DNA of 64,000 bases from Desulfobacterales bacterium. GTDB lineage: Bacteria; Desulfobacterota; Desulfobacteria; Desulfobacterales; UBA5852. Of this stretch, positions 1 to 8,246 are shown piece after piece. The position numbers and the translations under genes are program-made. The notes beneath the pieces were generated by a model. The model was given only the letters and a program-made list of their open reading frames with translations, searched no databases and was not told where the DNA came from. The DNA lies in the NCBI GenBank assembly GCA_963674755.2, contig CAXXVS010000003.1:672001-736000 (forward strand). Reading direction: 5' to 3'. Every line of letters begins with the position of its first letter. The stretch's first letter is position 1.

Positions 1-1
1 C

Positions 2-679
2 AAAAGCCATGCCAACGGGGTGCTCAACCCCAAGGCCCACCTGCGCAAGGCCGTCAGCGAGGAGCAGGTCATGGCCGCCCCCATCATTGCCCACCCTCTG
101 GGCCTGTTCGACTGCTGCGGGGTGAGTGACGGGGCGGCCTGCGCCATCGTGACGACTCCCGAGATCGCCGCCAAACTGGGCAAGAAGAATATCGTCTCCG
201 TAAAGTCCCTGCAACTGGCCTTAAGCAATGGGGAGGAGATGGGGTACAACGACTGGGACGGGGAGCATTTCGTCACCACCAGCAAGGCCAGCACGAAGGC
301 CTACCAGGAAGCCGGCATCGCCAATCCCCGGGAGGAGATCAGCATGATGGAAGTGCACGACTGCTTTTCCATCACCGAGCTGGTGACCATGGAGGACCTG
401 CATATCTCCGAGCGGGGCCGGGCCGTATTCGACATCATGGACGGGTTCTACGACCGGGACGGGCAGGTGCCCTGCCAGGTGGACGGGGGACTCAAATGCT
501 TCGGCCACCCCATCGGCGCCTCCGGCCTGCGTATGCTCTATGAGATGTACCTCCAGTTCCACGGCCGGGCCGGGGAGCGCCAGCTGGAAGATCCCAAATT
601 CGGATTGACCCACAACCTGGGTGGCTTCCCCCAGATGAACGTCTGCTCGATTGCCATCCTGGGGCGCTATGGGGCTTAG
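2..679 (+). CDS. Thiolase / acetyl-CoA acetyltransferase (SCP2-type), 5' part outside window
   Basis: Frame open from window start; motifs DGAAC, EVHDCF, GHPIGASG, HNLGG. Confidence 0.9.
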   Translation, partial: KSHANGVLNPKAHLRKAVSEEQVMAAPIIAHPLGLFDCCGVSDGAACAIVTTPEIAAKLGKKNIVSVKSLQLALSNGEEMGYNDWDGEHFVTTSKASTKAYQEAGIANPREEISMMEVHDCFSITELVTMEDLHISERGRAVFDIMDGFYDRDGQVPCQVDGGLKCFGHPIGASGLRMLYEMYLQFHGRAGERQLEDPKFGLTHNLGGFPQMNVCSIAILGRYGA

Positions 680-682
680 ACC

Positions 683-847
683 GTTCATCCAGAAACGGCA
701 TCTTGTGGCCCAGGTTTGCGTTCTCGCGTTTTTGAAATCCTTGACGTAGCCCTAACTACGCGACGCTGACGCTCATACGGCTACGCCGTCGGTTTCAAAA
801 GTGCTGCGGCCTTGGCCTGAACCAAAATCTACCCTTTCTGGATGAAC
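683..847 (+). repeat. Palindromic intergenic element (family B)
   Basis: Perfect terminal IR GTTCATCCAGAAA 683-695 / TTTCTGGATGAAC 835-847; internal CGTAG..CTACG hairpin; shares GGCATCTT, GCGTTCTCGC and GAACCAAAATCTACC with the 37181 copy. Confidence 0.8.
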
Positions 848-993
848 TTCAATTCTATGCGTGTCACCATGAGTGTTGTAATCGTCAATCATTGTGCAAT
901 CGGTTCGAGATGAAGAGGTGAGCATTTTCACAGTGATGTCATGATGAATTCGAGGCAGTATCGTATTACTTTACAGCTGATTCACCGGGAATC

Positions 994-1329
994 TTGAAAA
1001 TGCTGGAAATGACCGTCATACCCGATTCCGCCGTGGCGGACATCTTTGCTTCCAAATGCTGCGGGGGCGGACTGCCGGATCAGAATTTGGAGATCCGGAT
1101 CGCCAACCGGGGCGAGGCGGCCGTTGCTCTCCAGAGCCGCTTCCGGTTGGAGGGGACGGGCGGCCGCCGGATTGCTCCGGGCGAGGTGGCTGCGCTCTAT
1201 GCGGACATGGACCCGGCGCTTTTAGCCAGATTCCAGGTGATCGTTCTATTTGATGATGGTGGCAAGACGCATCGTTTCCCCCTCGCCGGCGGCGCGGAAA
1301 TCCCGGCTGTCCCGGAGAAAGGCGCCTGA
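994..1329 (+). CDS. Hypothetical protein with KCCGGG motif (start may be ATG 1000)
   Basis: ORF ends 2 nt before the next gene; no family recognised. Confidence 0.6.
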   Translation: MKMLEMTVIPDSAVADIFASKCCGGGLPDQNLEIRIANRGEAAVALQSRFRLEGTGGRRIAPGEVAALYADMDPALLARFQVIVLFDDGGKTHRFPLAGGAEIPAVPEKGA

Positions 1330-1331
1330 CC

Positions 1332-1781
1332 ATGCTGCTGACCCCCGAAGAAGCCCAAGCGTTTATGGAGAAACCTTTTGCCTTCGTAGAACGCGCCGGT
1401 GTGAAGGCCGTCGTCATGGAACCCCGGCGGATCAAGCTATGGCTTCCGCTGGAAGGCAATACCAACCACATCGGCTCCATCTATGCCGGCGCCCTTTTCA
1501 CGGTGGCTGAGCTCCCGGGGGGCGCGTTGTTCCTGACCACCTTTGACGTCACACGCTTTTATCCGGTGCTTAAAGCCATGAATATCCGTTACCGGCGGCC
1601 GGCGTTTACGGATGTGACCGTAGACGTTTCCCTGACGGAAGAGGAAGCCCAACGCATCGCCGAGGAAGCCGAACGTCTGGGAAAGTCCGAATTCACGCTG
1701 AACGTGGAAGTCTTGGACGCGGACGACCGCGTGGTGGCGGAAACCGAAGGCATCTATCAGTTGCGCAAGACAGAGGCGTAA
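1332..1781 (+). CDS. Hotdog-fold thioesterase (YiiD/PaaI/DUF4442-like)
   Basis: NTNHIGSIYAGALF motif; acyl-CoA gene context. Confidence 0.85.
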   Translation: MLLTPEEAQAFMEKPFAFVERAGVKAVVMEPRRIKLWLPLEGNTNHIGSIYAGALFTVAELPGGALFLTTFDVTRFYPVLKAMNIRYRRPAFTDVTVDVSLTEEEAQRIAEEAERLGKSEFTLNVEVLDADDRVVAETEGIYQLRKTEA

Positions 1782-1817
1782 CCCGATCACGAACCACCCA
1801 CCATTTTAGAGGTCTCT

Positions 1818-2960
1818 ATGAACATTCTGCAATATACGGCCGAACACGACGCCTTTCGCAACCAGCTGCGCGAATTTCTGGCCAGGGAAGCGATACCCTA
1901 TGCCGACCAGTGGGAAATGGATCGCATCGTTCCCCGGGAGCTTTGGCGCAAGATGGGTCAGGCCGGTTATTTATGCATGGACGTGCCTCCGGAATACGGG
2001 GGGGCGGGGCGCGATTTTCTCTATTCCGTCATCGTGACCGAAGAACTTTCCCGCACGGGCATTACCGGTATTGCCGCCGCCCTGCACAGCGATATCGTGG
2101 TGCCCTATATTTCCGCTTTCGGAACGGAGGCGCAAAAACAGCGTTATCTTCCGGGCTGCATCAACGGTGAGATCGTCACGGCCATCGCCATGACCGAACC
2201 GGATGCGGGCAGCGATCTGGCGAGTGTCCGTACCCTGGCGGAGGAAGACGGCGACATGGTGGTGCTCAACGGCGCCAAGACGTTTATCTCCAATGCCCTG
2301 CTCTGCGATCTGGTGATCGTGGCGGCCCGGGATGCGGATCTCGACAACCCCCACCTGGGGCTTTCCCTCTACCTGGTGGAGGACGGCAGCGAGGGCTTCA
2401 AGCGGGGCCGTCATCTGAAGAAAATGGGATGGCACAGCCAGGACACGGCCGAGCTGTTTTTTACCAACTGCCGGATACCGGCGGCCAACCGTCTGGGGGC
2501 CAAGGGCTACGGATTCATCATGATGATGGAAAAACTTCAGCAGGAACGCATCATCGCGTCGCTGGGGGCGGTGGCGGCGGCCGAGCGGATCATGGAGTGG
2601 GTGCGGGCCTTCTGCGCCGCCCACAAGGAAGGCGACCGCCCCCTGATCAAGCGCCAGGCCGTGCAGTTTGCCATCGTGGAAATGACCACCGAAGTCAAGC
2701 TCGGGCGCACCTTTATCGACAAGCTGGTGGCCGACCACATGGAGGGGCAGAACGTGGTGGTGGAGACCTCCATGGCCAAGTACTGGACCACCGAGATGGT
2801 CAAACGGGTGGCGGACCGCGCGATGGACCTGCTGGGCCCCCACGGCATACGCGACGACCACCCCATCGTCCGGGCCTTCCGGGATGTGCGGGTGATGTCG
2901 ATCTTTGCCGGGACCAATGAGATCATGAAGGGCATTGCGGCCAAATTCATGCGATTATAG
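1818..2960 (+). CDS. Acyl-CoA dehydrogenase (LCAD-like)
   Basis: AMTEPDAGSD, NGAKTFISN, KMGW..QDTAEL, IFAGTNEIMK. Confidence 0.95.
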   Translation: MNILQYTAEHDAFRNQLREFLAREAIPYADQWEMDRIVPRELWRKMGQAGYLCMDVPPEYGGAGRDFLYSVIVTEELSRTGITGIAAALHSDIVVPYISAFGTEAQKQRYLPGCINGEIVTAIAMTEPDAGSDLASVRTLAEEDGDMVVLNGAKTFISNALLCDLVIVAARDADLDNPHLGLSLYLVEDGSEGFKRGRHLKKMGWHSQDTAELFFTNCRIPAANRLGAKGYGFIMMMEKLQQERIIASLGAVAAAERIMEWVRAFCAAHKEGDRPLIKRQAVQFAIVEMTTEVKLGRTFIDKLVADHMEGQNVVVETSMAKYWTTEMVKRVADRAMDLLGPHGIRDDHPIVRAFRDVRVMSIFAGTNEIMKGIAAKFMRL

Positions 2961-3103
2961 CATCCACTCCAGGAATGGTCTTTTTGGCCCTGATCTTCGT
3001 TCTCCTCGGGTTTAGCGGCTGCGGCGTACTGGCGTACGCCTCACCGCAAACCCTCGTCGGGCCTCGATCAGAACCAAAAATCCTCATTCCTGAAGAGGAT
3101 GCT
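2959..3103 (+). repeat. Palindromic intergenic element (family B)
   Basis: AGCATCC..CAGGAATG / CATTCCTG..GGATGCT arms; central GGCGTAC-TGGC-GTACGCC hairpin; 3' half matches module B of the 39354 array. Confidence 0.8.
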
Positions 3104-3217
3104 GGCGGAGCGCGGCGATAATAAGATAATGGTTCGCCTTGCCTGACAGGCAAAGTCAGGTTTGGATAGATTCTTCTCTGACCATGCAACTTTATTGAAG
3201 ATTTGGAGGCGGGAAAA

Positions 3218-5071
3218 ATGGCCCAAGTCATTGCCGATCGCCGGGATGTGGATTTTGTGCTTTACGAGCAGCTGGAGGCCGAAACCCTTTGCGGTCATGC
3301 GGCCTACCGCGAATTCAACCGCAAGACCTTCGACCTGATCATCGATGAGGCCCGCCAGCTGGCTGTCAAGGAGATCCTGCCGACTTTAGCCGAGGGGGAC
3401 CGGGAGGGGTTGCTATTTGAAAATGGGCAAGTGCGGGTGCCGGACTGTTTCCGGCGGCCCTACAAGCTGTTTATCGAGGGGGAATGGACGGCCCTCACGG
3501 CTGATCCCGACCTTGGGGGGCAGGGGCTGCCGTATCTCGTGGCCCAGGCGGTGACGGACTATCAACTGGGGGCCAACTACGCCTTTACTCTCTTCGGTTT
3601 CGGCTGCGTGGGGGCCGGTGAGATGATCGAGATCTTCGGCACGGAGGAGCAGAAGAAGCTTTTCCTGAAGAAGATGTATACCGGACAGTGGGCCGGCACC
3701 ATGGTGCTGACCGAGCCCGAAGCCGGCTCGGATGTGGGGGCCCTGACCACCTCGGCCCGTAAGCAACCCGACGGGACCTATCTGATTGCGGGCAACAAAA
3801 TCTTCATCAGCGGTGGCGAGCACGACCTGACCGAAAACATCATCCATCCGGTCCTGGCGCGCATTGAGGGGGCCCCGGCCGGCATCAAGGGCATCTCCCT
3901 GTTCATCGTTCCCAAGATTTGGGTCAACCCGGACGGTTCTTTGGGGGCACCCAACGACGTGGTCTGCACCGGCATCGAGGAGAAGATGGGCATCCATGCC
4001 AGCCCCACCTGCTCGCTATCCTTCGGCAGCAAAGGGCAGTGCCGGGGCCTGCTGCTGGGGGAGGAGCACCGGGGCATGAAGGTCATGTTTCACATGATGA
4101 ATGCGGCCCGGCTGCTGGTGGGGGCCATCGGTTTCACCAGCGCCTCGGCGGCCTACCTGTACGCCCTCAACTACGCCCGGGAGCGACGCCAGGGGCGGGA
4201 TCTGGAAAAGACCTTCGAGCCGGACGCCCCCCAGGTGCCGATCATCCGCCACCCGGATGTGCGCCGCATGCTCATGTGGATGAAGGTTCACGTGGAAGGC
4301 ATGCGCAGCCTCCTTTACTACGGGGCCCTGCTGATCGACAAGATCAAGTGCGCCGCCGACGATGCGGAACGCGCCTATCACCAGGGCCTGCTGGATTTGC
4401 TGACGCCGGTGATCAAGGCCTACTGCACCGACCGGGGCTTTGAGGTCTGCTCCGAGGCCGTCCAGGTCTACGGCGGCTACGGCTACACCCGGGAATACCC
4501 GGTGGAGCAGCTCCTGCGGGATGTGCGCATCGCTTCCATCTATGAGGGCACCAACGGGATCCAGGCCATGGACCTGCTGGGCCGTAAGATCGGCATGCAA
4601 AAGGGACAGGTCTTCATGAACTTCATGGGCGAAGTCAACCGGATCGTGGCCCGCGCCCGGGAAATAGACGCCCTGGCCGATTTGGCGGACAAGGTGGAAA
4701 AGGCCCTCAACCGGCTGGGCGAAACGGCCATGCACCTGGGGCAGACCGCCATGAGCGCACAGTTCCGCACAGCCTTCGCCCATGCCACGCCGTTCCAGGA
4801 AACCATGGGGGACGTGGTCATGGCCTGGATGCTGCTCTGGCGGGCCGTCGTTGCCGCGCCGCAGTTGGAAACGCTGCTGGCGGATCTGGATGAAGATGCC
4901 CGGCAGGAAAAAATCGCCAGCCATAGGAACGCCGCTTTCTACCACGGTCAAATTCTCTCGGCGCGCTACTTTATCAACAGCCTGCTGCCCGTAACCCACG
5001 GCAAGATGGACGCCATCCTGGCGACCGAAACCGCGGTGGTGGCTATGCCGGAGGCCGGTTTTGGCGGCTGA
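3218..5071 (+). CDS. Long acyl-CoA dehydrogenase (~617 aa, FadE5/DmdC-like)
   Basis: GTMVLTEPEAGSD, GNKIFIS, EEKMGIH, IYEGTNGIQAMDL; GGAGG upstream of ATG 3218. Confidence 0.95.
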   Translation: MAQVIADRRDVDFVLYEQLEAETLCGHAAYREFNRKTFDLIIDEARQLAVKEILPTLAEGDREGLLFENGQVRVPDCFRRPYKLFIEGEWTALTADPDLGGQGLPYLVAQAVTDYQLGANYAFTLFGFGCVGAGEMIEIFGTEEQKKLFLKKMYTGQWAGTMVLTEPEAGSDVGALTTSARKQPDGTYLIAGNKIFISGGEHDLTENIIHPVLARIEGAPAGIKGISLFIVPKIWVNPDGSLGAPNDVVCTGIEEKMGIHASPTCSLSFGSKGQCRGLLLGEEHRGMKVMFHMMNAARLLVGAIGFTSASAAYLYALNYARERRQGRDLEKTFEPDAPQVPIIRHPDVRRMLMWMKVHVEGMRSLLYYGALLIDKIKCAADDAERAYHQGLLDLLTPVIKAYCTDRGFEVCSEAVQVYGGYGYTREYPVEQLLRDVRIASIYEGTNGIQAMDLLGRKIGMQKGQVFMNFMGEVNRIVARAREIDALADLADKVEKALNRLGETAMHLGQTAMSAQFRTAFAHATPFQETMGDVVMAWMLLWRAVVAAPQLETLLADLDEDARQEKIASHRNAAFYHGQILSARYFINSLLPVTHGKMDAILATETAVVAMPEAGFGG

Positions 5072-5384
5072 TTCCCTGTACCGGCGGCCTTGAGTTTCCG
5101 ATTGGGGAACGGGCCCTTTGATCCGCATTGCTCGGACGTGCTCCACCGCAACCCTGACCAACGTCGTTCGACACCTTTTGCTGCATGTCCCTGGTGAGGG
5201 GGCTCTTTCAGGCGTGGCGCTCCGGCTGACGATGCCGGAAAGGGCCTTCTTCCCACCCCGTTCACGGGTGACAGACGCCCCAACGTTGTAACCCCATCCG
5301 CCCCGGGACGTCCTGTTTTTAATCCCCTGCGGTCTTCTTCCATACTAAATTCTGTAATTTTCATGCCTTAGCCGGACTTCGGAT

Positions 5385-5411
5385 TAAAGCCGTCCGCAAA
5401 ATGACCGATAA
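5385..5411 (+). promoter_or_regulatory. Putative sigma28 (FliA-type) promoter
   Basis: TAAA-N15-ACCGATAA vs consensus TAAA-N15-GCCGATAA, 115 bp upstream of ATG 5527. Confidence 0.55.
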
Positions 5412-5526
5412 GGGAAGCAGATGCCGACCCCTGGATGGACCGTCGCGGCCCGGATCGCGCGGGTGATTTACGATTCCCGGAAAGCGGCTCAACGTGTCAG
5501 GCAACCCCATATGATGTGAGACCTAG

Positions 5527-6912
5527 ATGCCTTTCGTGCACTTGATATTGGATGCGGAGGATTCCCCCGACGGTGGCGGGATGGATGAGGTGCTGTATCC
5601 TTCCCTGGAGGCGTTTCGTTCCGCCGGCATTACGGCCACCGGTTTTATGGTGGACACACGCGATGTGCAACGCGCCGAAGCGGTTGTACGAGCGTTGCGC
5701 ACGGACCCGGCCACCTACCTTTTGCCGATTTTTCTATCGCGGGATTTAGGTCCCCGCCTGGCCGCGCTGTGCGACGGCATACCTTCCGGTCAACAGGCGC
5801 GTGACGACCGCATGCAGCGCCTGCGGCATCGGATGCAGAAGCTTGCGCCCGAGGTGGAGCGGCAGGACCAGGATTTTCGTCTGCTGGCCTATTTATACTG
5901 TCGTCCCGAAACGGTCCTGGCCCCGATCGAGGATTGGCAGCAACGCGCCATCTACACCTATCCCCTCGCCGAAGTGCTGGCCGACGAAGGCAACCAGGCC
6001 GGCCCCTGGCTGCGACAGCTCGTCGAACGTCGCTATCTGGAACCCGCCCGTCTCGTAGGCCGGGTACGGCATTGCCCCACGTGTGAAGGCTGCCATCATA
6101 ATTACGTCGACATTTGTCCCCATTGCACCAGTATTGCCATTGCGGCCAAGCCGTTCCTGCACTGTTTTACCTGCGGCCATGTGGCCCCGGAGGAGACCTT
6201 TATCAAGGAAGGGCGTCTGGTGTGTCCCCATTGCCGGGCCAAGCTGCGTCATATCGGGGCCGACTATGATCGTCCGATGGACAACTACGCCTGCCAGGAT
6301 TGCGGCCAGAGTTTCGTGGAGCCCAATGTCGTCGCCCAGTGCCTGGGCTGCGGGGCGCGCAACGATCCTGACAAACTCATCCCGGAAGATATCCATACCT
6401 TCCAGCTGAGCGAGCGCGGCCGATCGGCCGCACGTACCGGGAGCCTGGAAGATATCTACGCCCTGTTGGACGATCTCAATTACGTGCGAACGCCTTACTT
6501 CGAATCCCTGGTGGACTGGCTGCATGCGCTTTGCCGGCGCTATGATGAAGAGGTCTTCAGCCTGCTGGGAATCCGTCTGAAGAATATCGAAACGCTTACC
6601 GATCGGCTGGGGCGTCATCGGACGGCCCAATTGATCGACGCCTTCGCGGTGCGCCTACGGGAGTCCATCCGTCTCACCGATTTGACCACCCGCGCCAGCA
6701 AGCGCAATCTCTGGATCCTGCTGCCCAAAACCGGGGCCGCCGGCCGCGATATCCTGAAGTCGCGGATTGTCGAGCTCAAAAAACAGACCCGCCAGGAGGA
6801 AGACGTGGCGCTCGAATTCGACGTGGTGGCCTACACCGCACCGGATGACATGCTGCCGGACGAGCCGTCCCGTCTGACCATGGCGCGCATCATGGGAGGG
6901 GAGGCCGCATGA
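5527..6912 (+). CDS. Degenerate REC + multi-CxxC Zn-ribbon (TackOD1-like) + degenerate GGDEF protein; putative c-di-GMP effector
   Basis: Six CxxC pairs (CPTC, CPHC, CFTC, CPHC, CQDC, CLGC); C-terminal GGDEF-like fold with RLTD (RxxD) but ASKRN in place of GGDEF. Confidence 0.75.
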   Translation: MPFVHLILDAEDSPDGGGMDEVLYPSLEAFRSAGITATGFMVDTRDVQRAEAVVRALRTDPATYLLPIFLSRDLGPRLAALCDGIPSGQQARDDRMQRLRHRMQKLAPEVERQDQDFRLLAYLYCRPETVLAPIEDWQQRAIYTYPLAEVLADEGNQAGPWLRQLVERRYLEPARLVGRVRHCPTCEGCHHNYVDICPHCTSIAIAAKPFLHCFTCGHVAPEETFIKEGRLVCPHCRAKLRHIGADYDRPMDNYACQDCGQSFVEPNVVAQCLGCGARNDPDKLIPEDIHTFQLSERGRSAARTGSLEDIYALLDDLNYVRTPYFESLVDWLHALCRRYDEEVFSLLGIRLKNIETLTDRLGRHRTAQLIDAFAVRLRESIRLTDLTTRASKRNLWILLPKTGAAGRDILKSRIVELKKQTRQEEDVALEFDVVAYTAPDDMLPDEPSRLTMARIMGGEAA

Positions 6913-8246
6913 CGGAAATATTGCGCCAGGCGGCTGAAATGCTCCTCCAACTGCTGCTCAGCCCCTTCAACCAGGGCTTTTGGGAGTTCATCCTCAAGTT
7001 TATCCCCTATGTGGTGTTTTTCGAGCTGCCCATCTACCTGTTGATTTTTGCCGGCATCGTGCGCTACGTGCTGCGCCGCTACTGGCGTGTACCCATACGG
7101 CGGCCCTACCGGCCCATGGTCAGCTGCCTGATCACCTGCTATGCGGAGGGCCGCGAGGTGGCATGTACGATCCGGTCCCTCTCGGAGCAGCTCTATGAGG
7201 GGGCCATCGAAATCATCGCCGTGGTGGATGGGGCCGCCCGGAACACGGCCACCCTGGAAGCGGCCCTGGATCTGACCGACATGGTGAATGCACGGCACGA
7301 CCGTCGCCTGACGGTCCTGCCCAAATGGCAGCGCGGCGGTCGGGTGTCCGCCCTGAATGCCGGCCTGAATATCGCCAAGGGATCGGTGGTCATGGCCCTG
7401 GACGGCGACACCTCTTTTGACAACACCATGGTGGCGTGCGCCGTACGGCATTTTGTGGACCCCAATGTGATCGGGGTAGCCGGCTGTCTGCGGGTGCGCA
7501 ACGCCGGGCGCAGCATTGTCACGCGCCTGCAGGCCATCGAATACATGCTCTCCATCCATGCCAGTAAGGTGGGGCTGAGCGAATTCAACATCGTCAACAA
7601 TATCTCGGGCGCCTTCGGGGTGTTCCGGGCGTCTTTCCTGCGGGCCATCGGGGGCTGGGACAGCGGCACGGCCGAAGACCTCGACATCACCCTGCGCATG
7701 AAGAATTATTTCGGCCGCCATCCGAATCTGCGGATCCGCTTCGAGCCGGAAGCCGTAGGGCACACCGACGCCCCGGAGACCTTGCGGGATTTTCTCAAGC
7801 AGCGTCTGCGCTGGGACGGGGATCTTTTCTACCTTTACGTGCGCAAGCATTCCATGAGTTTCACCCCCAATCTTCTGGGCTGGCGCAATCTCATCATGCA
7901 GCTATGGACCGGTATGTTTTTCCAGCTTGTGATGCCTTTCGTGATTCTGGCCTACACCCTTTACGTCATGGTGTTCTACCCACCGGCCTGGGTGCTGGCC
8001 GTGTGGGCTCTGGTCTATCTCTTCTACCTGGCGGTAACGCTGGTGTTTTTCATTATGTACATTGTTTTTCTGTCCGAACGGCCGGGACCGGATCTCAAGC
8101 TGGCGGTCTGGCTGCCGCTAGTGCCGATATTTACGTTCATCACGCGCATCTGGTGCGGTGTGTCGACCCTCAATGAAGGGCTTTTACGATCCCATCTGGA
8201 CTCCACCATGGCGCCCTGGTGGGTTTTGCGAAAGACCAAGTACTGA
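6909..8246 (+). CDS. Processive GT2 glycosyltransferase (PgaC/IcaA/chitin-synthase-like)
   Basis: DGD (DxD), TAED, QRLRW (QxxRW); N- and C-terminal TM helices; ATGA overlap with upstream gene. Confidence 0.92.
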   Translation: MTEILRQAAEMLLQLLLSPFNQGFWEFILKFIPYVVFFELPIYLLIFAGIVRYVLRRYWRVPIRRPYRPMVSCLITCYAEGREVACTIRSLSEQLYEGAIEIIAVVDGAARNTATLEAALDLTDMVNARHDRRLTVLPKWQRGGRVSALNAGLNIAKGSVVMALDGDTSFDNTMVACAVRHFVDPNVIGVAGCLRVRNAGRSIVTRLQAIEYMLSIHASKVGLSEFNIVNNISGAFGVFRASFLRAIGGWDSGTAEDLDITLRMKNYFGRHPNLRIRFEPEAVGHTDAPETLRDFLKQRLRWDGDLFYLYVRKHSMSFTPNLLGWRNLIMQLWTGMFFQLVMPFVILAYTLYVMVFYPPAWVLAVWALVYLFYLAVTLVFFIMYIVFLSERPGPDLKLAVWLPLVPIFTFITRIWCGVSTLNEGLLRSHLDSTMAPWWVLRKTKY

